Shown: one piece after another, positions 17,945 through 27,892 of the stretch | Layout: the number at the start of each line of letters is the position of its first letter | Position numbering within the stretch: position 1 is the stretch's first letter | IMG/VR virus record: IMGVR_UViG_3300028594_000074 | Coordinates: 1 to 34,562 of that record | DNA length: 34,562 nucleotides | DNA from: a virus | Lineage: Duplodnaviria > Caudoviricetes | Strand: one strand, 5' to 3' | Position numbers and translations under genes: made by a program | The notes under the pieces: model-generated | The model's input: the letters and a program-made list of their open reading frames with translations, nothing else | What the model was told of the DNA's origin: nothing | The model's database searches: none

Positions 17945-18829
17945 ATGGCAGAACAAAATTTAACAACCATGAATGACCTAGGGACAATTAAAACAATTGA
18001 CTTTGTTAATCAATTCTCTACGGGGATCGAAGACTTATTGGAATTGTTAGGAGTTACTCGTAAAGAGCGCTTAACTAGTGACATGAAAATCAAAACGTAC
18101 AAATGGGAAACAACTCTTCAAGACGGAAACGTTGGCGAAGGGGAAGATATTCCGCTTTCCAAAGCTACACACGAGCCAGACAATGAATTTCAAGTTTCTT
18201 GGAATAAATATCGTCGCGCGGTTTCTGTAGAGTCTATTGCACGCCACGGAGCTTCTAAAGCAATCGACCAAGCAGACGCTAAAATTATGCGCAAAATTCA
18301 ACACCGTATTAAATCACAATTTACAGACTTTTTAGGACTAGATCCTACAACAGTAACTGGCGAAGGTTTGCAAAAAGCTTTAGCTGCTACTTGGGGGCAA
18401 CTAGCTTCTTTTGACGAGTTTAACGGTTCTGAAACGGTTGCGTTCGTCAACCCAATGGACGTTGCCACCTATTTAGGGGACAAAGACGTGGGGGCTGACG
18501 CTTCAAACACGTTTGGTTTTACGTTGCTTAAAAATTTCTTAGGAATGGACAACGTCGTAACATTAAACTCAATTCCGCAAGGGGAAATTTATTCAACCGC
18601 CGTTGATAACTTAGTTTTAGCTTATTTAGACATGCGTACTAATGATGTCGGGGATTATTTTGTGGACTTTACAGACGAAACTGGTTATATCGGCGCGGCA
18701 CGAGACCGTAAGTTAGGAAATGCAACGTACGAAACGTTATTTCTAGACGCTAATGTATTGTTTGCTGAAATTCCAGAAGGCGTTGTTAAGGCGACAATTG
18801 AAACACCTACAACAGTCCCAGAAGTTTAA
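17945..18829 (+). CDS. Major capsid protein
   Basis: VGEGEDIPLSK, KYRRAVSVESI, FVNPMDVATYLG; position after scaffold. Confidence 0.9.
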   Translation: MAEQNLTTMNDLGTIKTIDFVNQFSTGIEDLLELLGVTRKERLTSDMKIKTYKWETTLQDGNVGEGEDIPLSKATHEPDNEFQVSWNKYRRAVSVESIARHGASKAIDQADAKIMRKIQHRIKSQFTDFLGLDPTTVTGEGLQKALAATWGQLASFDEFNGSETVAFVNPMDVATYLGDKDVGADASNTFGFTLLKNFLGMDNVVTLNSIPQGEIYSTAVDNLVLAYLDMRTNDVGDYFVDFTDETGYIGAARDRKLGNATYETLFLDANVLFAEIPEGVVKATIETPTTVPEV

Positions 18830-18843
18830 TAGGAGGAAAATAA

Positions 18844-19164
18844 ATGGAAAAATATCCAGTATTCAAAGTATTTAAGGACGGCCAAGATAGCGAATATCTT
18901 AAAGATAACGGCACTAAAATGGTTTACGGCACAAATGGCAATTACCCTCGCGAAGGGTACGAGCCTAGTGCTGACCGTGTAGAAGAATTACAAACAAATG
19001 GCTACATTGGCGATAAAATCGAAGAACCTAAAAAATTAACTAAAGATAATACAGTAGATGAAATCAAGACTGAATTAGACGAGCGTGGTGTAGATTACGA
19101 CGTCAAGGCTAAAAAAGAGGACTTGCTAGCTTTGCTAGATGATGAAAATGGCGAAGGTCAATAA
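18844..19164 (+). CDS. Head-associated protein with C-terminal HeH/LEM-like motif
   Basis: YPREGYEPSADRVEEL N-part; TVDEIKTELDERGVDYDVKAKKEDLLALL C-part. Confidence 0.7.
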   Translation: MEKYPVFKVFKDGQDSEYLKDNGTKMVYGTNGNYPREGYEPSADRVEELQTNGYIGDKIEEPKKLTKDNTVDEIKTELDERGVDYDVKAKKEDLLALLDDENGEGQ

Positions 19165-19513
19165 GCAAAAAATCATTAAAAAACTAGAAAGGCGTCATGG
19201 CGCTAGTGGAATTGTACAACGTGAATTTATTGAGGACGTTGTAGACGAAACAGTTGCGTATTATTTAGCGATTGCTAATGAAATTTCAGACAAAGAAATT
19301 AAAGAGGTGCCAGAAGACCATTCTTTCATTATCCGAGGAGTTGCTTCGAAGCAATATAATCGTCGTGGGAGCGAAGGAATGGAACAGGAGCAAGTTGACG
19401 GTTATCGTGCAACGTATATACAAAACGATTTCGCTGAATATGAGTCGTTTATATTCAACAAATTCAAGCCGAAAGATGACGACCATAAAAAAGGGACGGC
19501 GGTGTTTATTTGA
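19148..19513 (+). CDS. Head-tail connector (SPP1 gp15-like)
   Basis: VPEDHSFIIRGVASKQYNRRGSEGMEQEQVDGY motif; start uncertain (ORF track 19139). Confidence 0.85.
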   Translation: MAKVNKQKIIKKLERRHGASGIVQREFIEDVVDETVAYYLAIANEISDKEIKEVPEDHSFIIRGVASKQYNRRGSEGMEQEQVDGYRATYIQNDFAEYESFIFNKFKPKDDDHKKGTAVFI

Positions 19514-19818
19514 TGAAGACACCGCACACAATAGAACTGTTTCATACCGGCGGAGAACCAATATTTGACCCGGTGACAGGAGAATTTAAACCAAACAAGG
19601 GGAAATCTGATTTCTATCCTTGTTTGGTTAATTTTATGACCAAAGCTAAACAATTCGAAGAATATGGATCGCGTGACGAGGAAATAATTATTGTTCGTTT
19701 TAATTCAGAGGTGCCAAACTTTCACAAAGCAGTATTTAAAGGAATCACGTACAAACATCTTGAGGAGTCCTTTGTACCTCGAAAAAAAGCGTACAGATTG
19801 CAGAAAGTGGGTGGTTAA
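19510..19818 (+). CDS. Head closure/head-tail adaptor protein
   Basis: Position between connector and gp10-like gene; FDPVTGE motif. Confidence 0.7.
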   Translation: MMKTPHTIELFHTGGEPIFDPVTGEFKPNKGKSDFYPCLVNFMTKAKQFEEYGSRDEEIIIVRFNSEVPNFHKAVFKGITYKHLEESFVPRKKAYRLQKVGG

Positions 19819-20169
19819 ATGAAATTTAGTCATCAAATTACGGGAACATCAACCTTAAAAGGCGTAATTGCTAGTGCTAGAAGAAATGCACCAAGGCAAA
19901 CAACGCAAGTTGTCAAAAGCAACGCCGAGGAGATTAAAAAAACGGCTAGAAGATTAGCCCCAAAAGATAGCTGGTTTATGCATGACAACATATACACGCG
20001 ACATGAAGGAATGAAAAGTATTATACATTCCCCGGCACCGTATTCGGGTTATGTTGAGAATGGAACGCGTTTTATGGACGCCCAACCATTCATGTTCCCG
20101 GCCGTTGAAGAACAACAAGAAAAATTCAATAAAGATTTACAAGATGTTATGGACGGGGTGTTTGTATGA
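19819..20169 (+). CDS. HK97 gp10-like tail completion protein
   Basis: YSGYVENGTRFMDAQPFMFPA. Confidence 0.88.
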   Translation: MKFSHQITGTSTLKGVIASARRNAPRQTTQVVKSNAEEIKKTARRLAPKDSWFMHDNIYTRHEGMKSIIHSPAPYSGYVENGTRFMDAQPFMFPAVEEQQEKFNKDLQDVMDGVFV

Positions 20170-20552
20170 CGCCAAATTATGCGATTTATAGACAATCTTA
20201 TATTACTTGTTTATCAATCGGAAAAACATTCGATTATTTGCCAAAAGCGGGCGAAGAATACCCTTTTATTTATATTCAAAAGGTGCCAACCGAAAACGAA
20301 AACGAAACAAAAGATTTAACTGGCACGGCTACCCAAACAATCAAAATATTTGCTAGACGGGAGCAGTCGGCCACAGCCGACAACATGGCGGCCGAGTTAA
20401 GGAATAAACTTCTGACACAACGGAAAGCCTTTGAATATAGCTTATCGCGCAACAGCGTTTCTATTCAACCAATGGACGCGGACGCGCAGAATGAACAAGT
20501 TGACCAATACATTATTAGGTATGTAACTAGATATTCAAAAAAGGAGAGATAA
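20166..20552 (+). CDS. Tail terminator/completion protein
   Basis: FDYLP...YPFIYI; immediately upstream of major tail gene. Confidence 0.7.
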   Translation: MTPNYAIYRQSYITCLSIGKTFDYLPKAGEEYPFIYIQKVPTENENETKDLTGTATQTIKIFARREQSATADNMAAELRNKLLTQRKAFEYSLSRNSVSIQPMDADAQNEQVDQYIIRYVTRYSKKER

Positions 20553-20556
20553 GTAA

Positions 20557-21087
20557 ATGACTATTGCAGGAAAAGACTTAATTTTATTCTTCCGTCGTCG
20601 TAAAGACCACCAAACGGAAGACGGCTCAAAATTACGTTTCGCAACAGAACACTCAATTAACGAAGAAAAGACGTCAAACAGCACTATGACGAAAGACGGA
20701 AGCAAGAATTCGCTAAGTGACGGCGAGAATACCCTTGACCTTTCTTCTCTTTTAGAACGTGCTGAACGAGAAGCAACAGGCGACGCTACTGTTGAAGTTT
20801 GGAAAGAATTGCGCCGTTGGTATCGTGCCGGAGAAGAAATTGAAATTTGGGAAGTTGACGCGGGTTCAGCTCTTGATGGCGAATACGACGTTCAATATAT
20901 GCGCGGCCATTTTACTTCATTCGCTATTACCGCACCGGCGGACGGCGACGCAACCCTTGAAGGCTCTTATGCTATTAACGGGAACATTATTGAAAACACC
21001 GACGTATTAACACCAGCACAAATTGAAACAATTGAAGCAAATCAATATGAATATGCTTCAATTCAAGCAACAGCGGAAGAAGCGTAA
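20557..21087 (+). CDS. Major tail protein, TP901-1 family
   Basis: GKDLILFFR...LRFATEHS...TKDG...EIEIWEVD. Confidence 0.88.
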   Translation: MTIAGKDLILFFRRRKDHQTEDGSKLRFATEHSINEEKTSNSTMTKDGSKNSLSDGENTLDLSSLLERAEREATGDATVEVWKELRRWYRAGEEIEIWEVDAGSALDGEYDVQYMRGHFTSFAITAPADGDATLEGSYAINGNIIENTDVLTPAQIETIEANQYEYASIQATAEEA

Positions 21088-21090
21088 CAA

Positions 21091-21120
21091 AAAGGGCGGA
21101 GCAATCCGCCTTTATTTTTT
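21091..21120 (+). terminator. Intrinsic terminator after major tail gene
   Basis: GGCGGA-GCAA-TCCGCC then TTTATTTTTT. Confidence 0.8.
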
Positions 21121-21139
21121 ACTTATAGGAGTGGAATAA

Positions 21140-21556
21140 ATGCAAATTAAAATTAATGATGAAAAATACAACTTATATTTTGGGTTCGACTTTATCAATT
21201 ACATTGATGAACATTACCCAGTAAAGGTTCAATTTCAAGGTATCGACGTGCCTTTTGGAAGTGCATTAAATACAACGATTAACGCTTTAGACCGAAACAA
21301 AAAGCCAACTGATCTAATCAAGATTTTAAAAGCTGGCATGGTTACTTTGAAATCTAAACCAAGTAACAAAGACTTAGAAAAATACATTAGTAATTTAATC
21401 GAAGATGAAGAATATGACGAATTTGTTGAAGAATTACTGGGAAAGTTAAAAAAGACACCGCTCATAAAGAAAGAAATCGAAAGTCTGAACAAACAGACCG
21501 AGGAAACGAACGTGACGGAAGAAGAAGCCCTGGAGTTTCTGAAACAGATGAACTAA
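21140..21556 (+). CDS. Tail assembly chaperone (gpG-like)
   Basis: MQIKINDEKYNLYFGFDFI; lies between major tail and tape measure genes. Confidence 0.85.
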   Translation: MQIKINDEKYNLYFGFDFINYIDEHYPVKVQFQGIDVPFGSALNTTINALDRNKKPTDLIKILKAGMVTLKSKPSNKDLEKYISNLIEDEEYDEFVEELLGKLKKTPLIKKEIESLNKQTEETNVTEEEALEFLKQMN

Positions 21557-21915
21557 AAGAAGATGAATTAAGTATATCTTATAAAGAGTTAATAGCTATT
21601 TGCGTAGGGCAACACCAATTAAGCCTATTAGAAGCCCGCAGATGTACTTTGTACGAGTTTGAAATGTTGCAAATGGCCTATCGACTTAAAAAAGAAGAAG
21701 ACCGCGAAAATATGGCTTGGCAAGCTTGGTATAGCTTGAACGTTAAAGCGACTAAAGGCGAAGGCAAAAATATTAAATCGGCTTATGACACATTTAGCGA
21801 TTTTTATGATAAATCAGAAGAATTCATGCAAGCCTTGCGCCCGAAACCAATAGAGCCAACGCGTAAGAAATCTACATCAAGACTTAATGCAATTTTAAAC
21901 CCAAAGAAAACCTAA
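21140..21915 (+). CDS. Tail assembly chaperone gpGT-like -1 frameshift product (includes ORF 21649..21915)
   Basis: In-frame slippery heptamers G GGA AAG (21439-21445) and A AAA AAG (21448-21454); -1 frame is open from there to TAA at 21913-21915. Confidence 0.85.
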
Positions 21916-21934
21916 GAGAGGCGGGTGAATTTAT

Positions 21935-24900
21935 TTGGATAATGTTTATGACATTCTCGTGCAACTTAAAGCGAATGTTAATGAATTTAAAAGTGGTATG
22001 GCCGAAGCTCAAACCAGTATTAGGGAATTCGAAAGTGTCACGGGTACGCAACTTGACAAAGTCGGGACAACCTTGGCTGGTTTAGGTGGAGCTTTTACAA
22101 AAGGTATTACTGTACCGGTAACAGCTGCCGCAATCGCGGCGGGTAAAGCTGGAATGGATATGGAAACGGCTATGACGGGAGTAGCAAAAACAACCGACTT
22201 AACAGCCGAAGAACTGGCCTTAATGAAAAGCGAAATCAAAGGGCTATCGGAAGAAATGCCTATCGCGGCGACTGAAATCGCTGGCGTTGCCGAAGCGGCC
22301 GGACAGTTAGGAATTGAAAAGCAAAACATCATAAGCTTTACTGAAAGCATGGTTGGGCTAGGAACGGCCACAGACATGTCTTCGGAAGAAGCAGCGACAG
22401 CTTTAGCGCGCTTGGCCAACATTACAGGAATGCCACAAACTGAATTTGACAAGCTAGGCTCAACGATTGTACAGCTTGGGAATAATATGGCCGCAACTGA
22501 ATCAGAAATCGTCAATATGTCTTTACGTTTGGCGGGTACTGGTGCGCAAGTTGGGCTAACCGAAGCCGAGATTTTAGGGCTATCTGGTGCCATGACTTCC
22601 ATGGGTATTAATGCCGAGGCTGGTGGTTCGGCCATGTCCCAAACAATGCAACACATTAACACCGAAGTATTGGGAAGTGGCGAAAACTTACAAGCTTTAG
22701 CAGATATTGCCGGAATGACCGCAAGCGAATTTAGCGAAACTTGGCGTAATGATCCAATGAAAGCTATTGAAATGTTTGTTGGAGGATTGGGCGAAGTTTC
22801 TGAATCTGGTGGAGACGTTGCCGGTGTACTTGATGACGCTGGAATAAAAGGACTTAGACAAGTCGACGTTTTAAGTCGTCTTTCTGGTGGTTCCGAGTTG
22901 TTAGCTAGTGCAATAGGCATGTCAACAGAAGCTTGGGACGAAAATACAGCTTTACAAGACGAAGTTGCAGAGGCGACTGATACAACCGCCGCGAGAATGC
23001 AAATGCTATGGAATAAAATTGTAAACTTAGCTGAATCAATCGGCTCGATTTTATTGCCGATGATTGACGATATGATTGACAAGATTGCCCAATGGGTTGA
23101 TTGGTTTGCGAACCTAGACCAAAGTACACAAGAAACGATTGTTCAAGTGGCGTTATTTGCTGCTAAAATCGGGCCCGTGTTGGTCGTGGTCGGTAAACTA
23201 ATCGGCGTAATCAGTAGCTTATATAAGGCGTTTAAGAACTTCAAAACCTTTATGGCTGGTTTACAAATATTTGCTAAATTAAAAGGCGCCGTTGAATCGG
23301 TGCAAATTGCTTTCATGTACCTTCAAAGTGGGGGTATTAAAGGGCTGATAGGAGCCATGAACCCGCTCACGTTAAAAATAGCCGCTGTTATAGCGATTAT
23401 CGGGGCGTTAGTGGCCGCTGGTGTCTGGTTATATCAAAACTGGGACACGGTTAAAGAAAAGGCGGCTCAACTGGGCGAATGGTTAGGAAATACCTGGAAT
23501 AATATAAAAACATGGACTTCCGAAGCGTGGGAATCAATTTCAACGTCTATATCCGAGGCGGTTTCAAATGCCTGGAATGCGATTGTTGAATGGTTTGGCA
23601 ATTTGCCGGCTTGGTTCAGTGAAACGTGGACGAATATTTCAACCACTATTTCAGAAAAAGCTTCCGAAATTTGGAATTCAATAACAACGTGGTTCGGTCA
23701 AATACCAGGGTTCTTTTCTGAACTTTGGACGACGGTAGTCACGGCAGTAACTGAATGGGCTTCAAATATGGTTACAAAAGCAAGCGAAACTGGAAGTCAA
23801 TTTTTAGAAAATATCATGAATTTCTTCGATACTTTGCCAGAAAGATTGGGTTATGCCATTGGTTGGGCGTTGGCCAGCGTTGCTGTTTGGGTAGTTGAAA
23901 TGGTAACAAAAGCATACGAATTAGGCTCAACTTTTATCGCGAATGTTATGGAATGGTTTAGCCAATTGCCAGAAAGAATCGGTAATTTCTTGTCTACAAC
24001 ATGGGATCGCGTGAGTACATGGGCGGTTAATATGTGGACGAAAGCAAAAGAAATGGGCTCGAATTTCATTAATTCGGTAATCGAATGGTTTAGCCAGCTA
24101 CCTGGACGAGTATGGAATTGGGTAGTGAACACATACAACCGAGTTTCAACATGGGCGTCTAATATGTGGAGCAAGGCAAAAGAAATGGGAGCTAACTTCA
24201 TTAATGCGGTTATTTCTTATTTCAGTCAATTGCCTGGCCGAGTTTGGAATTGGGTAGTAAATACTTATAACCGAGTTTCAACGTGGGCGTCGAACATGTG
24301 GACGAAAGCAAAAGAAACTGGATCTAGATTTATTACGAACATAATAAACTGGTTCCAGCAGCTACCTGGCCGAGTGCAAACGTGGCTAACAAACACGATA
24401 AGCAGAGCAGCAAATTTTGTTCGAGATTTAGGACGAAAAGGACTTGAAGCCGGTCGCGATTTCATGAATAAATTAATTAACGAGGCAAAGAAAATACCAG
24501 GGAAAATTTTCAATGTTGGTAAAGACATTGTTCGCGGTGCTTGGAATGGTATCAAAAGCATGGGAAGTTGGATCACTGGGAATGTTAAAGATTTCTTTGG
24601 CGGAATTGTCGACGGTGTAAAAGACCGACTTTCAATTTTCTCGCCTTCTCGAGTGTTTAGGGACGAAATCGGTAAAATGATTGTCCGCGGTTTAGGTATA
24701 GGGATTGAGAGAAACGAAGATGACGCAGTGAACCCAATGCAGCACTTGATTAATAGCGTGGTAGGCGCTTGGGATAGCGTAGGCGCTTTGAGTGCCCAAG
24801 TCGATGGAATGGTTGGCCACACAGTCACGAAAAACGTGAATATGAAGAATGACTACACAGCACAGCCCGCATATATCACTTTAGTTATTGGCGGCCGAAG

Positions 24901-24973
24901 CTTTAGAGCATTCGTGGAAGATATAACCAACATACAAGACGGAAACACAGAATTAGAATTAGATTACGCATAG
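21935..24973 (+). CDS. Tape measure protein (TP901 family core)
   Basis: 1012 aa, Ala/Gly-rich, AATESEI/GINAEAGGSA core, Trp-periodic repeats, IFSPSRVF. Confidence 0.95.
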   Translation: MDNVYDILVQLKANVNEFKSGMAEAQTSIREFESVTGTQLDKVGTTLAGLGGAFTKGITVPVTAAAIAAGKAGMDMETAMTGVAKTTDLTAEELALMKSEIKGLSEEMPIAATEIAGVAEAAGQLGIEKQNIISFTESMVGLGTATDMSSEEAATALARLANITGMPQTEFDKLGSTIVQLGNNMAATESEIVNMSLRLAGTGAQVGLTEAEILGLSGAMTSMGINAEAGGSAMSQTMQHINTEVLGSGENLQALADIAGMTASEFSETWRNDPMKAIEMFVGGLGEVSESGGDVAGVLDDAGIKGLRQVDVLSRLSGGSELLASAIGMSTEAWDENTALQDEVAEATDTTAARMQMLWNKIVNLAESIGSILLPMIDDMIDKIAQWVDWFANLDQSTQETIVQVALFAAKIGPVLVVVGKLIGVISSLYKAFKNFKTFMAGLQIFAKLKGAVESVQIAFMYLQSGGIKGLIGAMNPLTLKIAAVIAIIGALVAAGVWLYQNWDTVKEKAAQLGEWLGNTWNNIKTWTSEAWESISTSISEAVSNAWNAIVEWFGNLPAWFSETWTNISTTISEKASEIWNSITTWFGQIPGFFSELWTTVVTAVTEWASNMVTKASETGSQFLENIMNFFDTLPERLGYAIGWALASVAVWVVEMVTKAYELGSTFIANVMEWFSQLPERIGNFLSTTWDRVSTWAVNMWTKAKEMGSNFINSVIEWFSQLPGRVWNWVVNTYNRVSTWASNMWSKAKEMGANFINAVISYFSQLPGRVWNWVVNTYNRVSTWASNMWTKAKETGSRFITNIINWFQQLPGRVQTWLTNTISRAANFVRDLGRKGLEAGRDFMNKLINEAKKIPGKIFNVGKDIVRGAWNGIKSMGSWITGNVKDFFGGIVDGVKDRLSIFSPSRVFRDEIGKMIVRGLGIGIERNEDDAVNPMQHLINSVVGAWDSVGALSAQVDGMVGHTVTKNVNMKNDYTAQPAYITLVIGGRSFRAFVEDITNIQDGNTELELDYA
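23954..24400 (+). repeat. 132-nt (44-aa) tandem repeats within tape measure gene
   Basis: (W/Y)F(S/Q)QLP units begin at 23954, 24086, 24218 and 24350. Confidence 0.85.
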
Positions 24974-24984
24974 GAGGGCAACAA

Positions 24985-25773
24985 ATGAATTTATATAGCA
25001 AGATAACTAAAAATGGCAACAATAATGCTGAACAGTTGCCTTCTGTTGCTATGGTTTTCGACGGTATGATTTTAGAAAATGAAATAGAAGGCTATACAAC
25101 ATTAAATGTTAGTGGCCGGGAGACTGTTTCTTACTCGACAACAACGGCCGGCCATAGCAATGAGATTGTCGAAAAGAAATTAAATTCCAGAACTTTACAA
25201 ATTCAATATGAATTAAAAGCTGATACAAATGAAGAATTTCAAGAGCGTTTTAGAGAACTGAATCAATTATTAGAAACAGAAAATGAAGATGTAGAAATAA
25301 GGTTTGCTGACGATTTAAAAATGGAATATAAAGGGCAGTTAGTCACTATGTCGGACGTGCCACCAGAGGCCAATGTGGTCGTTGGTACGTTCGATATTTA
25401 TTGTGCAAGTGCCTGGAAAGAAGAAGATGAAATATTAGTAAGTGGCAACCCACTAAATCTATATTTGCAAAGCAAGTATAGAACCAAACCAAAAAGAATT
25501 GAATTAAATATGAATACGGCCGCCAATAAAGTAACCGTCGATAACTTAACGACTGGGCGCCATATTATTTTAGATGGAAGTTATAAAGCTGGGGACACAA
25601 TCATTATTGAGATACCGGAAAATAAAATAACCAAAAACGGCCAAAATATAATGACTGATCTAAATTACAAAGAAACTGACTTCCATAAATTTTTAATTAA
25701 AACTGGGGACGTAATACAAACGACTCCCGGGAATACAGATATGGAAATAGCAATTAGAACGAGGTGGAAGTAA
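24985..25773 (+). CDS. Distal tail protein (Dit)
   Basis: Follows tape measure; GYTTLNVSGRE N-terminus; 262 aa. Confidence 0.82.
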   Translation: MNLYSKITKNGNNNAEQLPSVAMVFDGMILENEIEGYTTLNVSGRETVSYSTTTAGHSNEIVEKKLNSRTLQIQYELKADTNEEFQERFRELNQLLETENEDVEIRFADDLKMEYKGQLVTMSDVPPEANVVVGTFDIYCASAWKEEDEILVSGNPLNLYLQSKYRTKPKRIELNMNTAANKVTVDNLTTGRHIILDGSYKAGDTIIIEIPENKITKNGQNIMTDLNYKETDFHKFLIKTGDVIQTTPGNTDMEIAIRTRWK

Positions 25774-27635
25774 TGGAAGAAGGCGTTTTTTTATTTGATA
25801 AAAGCAAAACACTTATAGAAATTATTTCGCCGGAAGATATTGCAATGAATGAGCAAACACCCGAATTAAACGGCTTAATTAAGCACGCCGTAGCTGGTAA
25901 ATACACAAAAAAAGCTGATGAAGCACAATTTTTTGGTATGCCAGACGTTGACGATGACAATATATTTTGGATGTACAAAATCGACAAAAGGAATACTGAA
26001 AGCAAACAATTTACTTTTGATGGTACTCACATCTTGTTTGATGACTTAAAAGGCCGTGGGGGAATAATTAAAGACAGACGGCCAAATAATGAACCGGTGG
26101 TTTCTATTCTAAGTGATATTTTAAGTGGTACAGGCTGGGAAATTGGGCATATACAAACCTCTAACCTAGGAACCTCTAACTATTACTATACAAGTAAAAT
26201 AGAAGCCTTTTGGGACTTTCTGGAAAAATGGAGAGTTGAATTCCGGCCAAGAATTACTTTCTCTAAAGGGAAGATTGTACGTAAAGAAATTGATATTTAC
26301 AACCAACTTTCTGGAGACCATGGAAAATGGTATGAAAAAGGCGATAAATTGCTAAGTGTAGTTAAAGAAGAAGTTTCCTCTGGAATTTACACGGCCTTTA
26401 TTGGACGTGGAAAAGGGGAAGAAGTTGGCGACGGCTTCGGCCGTAGAATTGGTTTTGAAGATGTTGAATGGTCAATCGCTAATGGGGATCCAGTAGATAA
26501 ACCACTTGGACAAGACTATGTTGAAATTCCTTGGGCAACGGCAGAATATGGCTATGAAGATGGTTCGCCGCGCTTTGCTGTTGTTGAATTCCAAGACATT
26601 GAGGAAGAGCCCGAATTACTGGAAGCTACTTACGTTCATGCAGTAGAAGTAAGCCGACCAAAAGCACAATTTAAATCAAACGTAATTGAAAATGGTCTAG
26701 CTGAATTAGGCGAAATCGTAACTATTATTAGTGACGATGAAAACATACGATACAAAACGCGAATTTTTAAAATGAAACGCGACTTCAAACGTAAGAAAAT
26801 TAAAACGATTGAATTCGGGGACAAACTTGTTAAAACAAGAGCCGAAAGAACTTCGGCCGTCAATAAAACAATTAAAGAAAATGAACGTCAAAATATTGAA
26901 TGGCTTGACCAAATACGTGATGAAATTGTAGATACGTACTTTAATAATGACGGCTATAACTATGATTTAAAAGCTGGCAATGAGTACGATTTACCTGGTG
27001 GCTATTATTCATTTAATCGGCCAATAGACCAAGAACCCACAAAAGTTATTTATATGGGGGCTGGTCAGTTGCTCATTGCTAACAGTAAGAAACCTAATGG
27101 CGAATGGAACTGGCGAACAGCTGCAACCGGAGACGGTTTTGTTGCTGACGTCGTTAATACCGGTGTTTTAAATGCAAATTTAATAAAAAACGGAAATCTT
27201 TCAGATCGACAAGAAAATACGAGGCTTGATTTAGCAAATGGGCTCTTGGAATTTAGTCATAGTGACGGGAGCTTTACAAGAATTGGCCGAAGTGGCTTAC
27301 AGCGGTACACGTCAAGTGACGATAGAAACTATCATTATTTAATTTATATGACGACCTTTGTCTATGGGGATACGTCAAGGAGTGCCCGTTGGATACAACT
27401 TCCAGATGATTTTAAAGGTAAAGGTTTTCAAGTTTATTTATCAGTTGCTGACAGTTTAAACGCTATAAACTATTATCGTTCAATACAGCGTATTGTAGCC
27501 ACTGGACACCCTGACCATAATATTGATTATAGAAATGCAAGAGTGCCGATTATAGCATATAAGTCAGAAACACTAGGCGATGGAATAACACCAGAGATTA
27601 CAGATGTGCAAGGTATGTTATTAGCAATTTATTAA
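25764..27635 (+). CDS. Tail spike/Tal-like baseplate hub protein
   Basis: Follows Dit; YTAFIGRGKGE, DKPLGQDYVE, WRTAATGDGFVAD motifs. Confidence 0.82.
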   Translation: MEVMEEGVFLFDKSKTLIEIISPEDIAMNEQTPELNGLIKHAVAGKYTKKADEAQFFGMPDVDDDNIFWMYKIDKRNTESKQFTFDGTHILFDDLKGRGGIIKDRRPNNEPVVSILSDILSGTGWEIGHIQTSNLGTSNYYYTSKIEAFWDFLEKWRVEFRPRITFSKGKIVRKEIDIYNQLSGDHGKWYEKGDKLLSVVKEEVSSGIYTAFIGRGKGEEVGDGFGRRIGFEDVEWSIANGDPVDKPLGQDYVEIPWATAEYGYEDGSPRFAVVEFQDIEEEPELLEATYVHAVEVSRPKAQFKSNVIENGLAELGEIVTIISDDENIRYKTRIFKMKRDFKRKKIKTIEFGDKLVKTRAERTSAVNKTIKENERQNIEWLDQIRDEIVDTYFNNDGYNYDLKAGNEYDLPGGYYSFNRPIDQEPTKVIYMGAGQLLIANSKKPNGEWNWRTAATGDGFVADVVNTGVLNANLIKNGNLSDRQENTRLDLANGLLEFSHSDGSFTRIGRSGLQRYTSSDDRNYHYLIYMTTFVYGDTSRSARWIQLPDDFKGKGFQVYLSVADSLNAINYYRSIQRIVATGHPDHNIDYRNARVPIIAYKSETLGDGITPEITDVQGMLLAIY

Positions 27636-27636
27636 G

Positions 27637-27879
27637 GTGGTTAAAATGGATGATAAATTAACAATTTTTTATAACAAGCGTACTGGATCAATAAAAGAAT
27701 TATGTGGTGGAGAACAAGATATGGGCTGGTTTGGTGATGAACAACAAGACTTTGAACAAATATTTGATTATATCCACGTAGATTTTGATAACTATATCAT
27801 TGAAAACTTTATCAATATGGAAGTTGTAGATGGAGAAGTGAAGTTGATCCAGCAAGAAGTGCCAGACAAGTATTTGTGA
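27637..27879 (+). CDS. Small tail-associated hypothetical protein
   Basis: 80-aa ORF directly after Tal. Confidence 0.65.
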   Translation: MVKMDDKLTIFYNKRTGSIKELCGGEQDMGWFGDEQQDFEQIFDYIHVDFDNYIIENFINMEVVDGEVKLIQQEVPDKYL

Positions 27880-27892
27880 AAGGAGTGAGTAA

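Noticed and set aside
18811-18846. Possible frameshift fusing the major capsid protein to the HeH-containing gene
   Set aside because: The downstream gene is in the -1 frame, but that frame has TAA at 18841-18843 immediately before its ATG; no slippery heptamer seen
22009-23082. 357-aa minus-strand ORF (and other long antisense ORFs at 1882, 2882, 17596, 23851 and 24265)
   Set aside because: Antisense shadows of well-supported + strand genes; Ser/Pro/Ala-biased with no recognisable motifs
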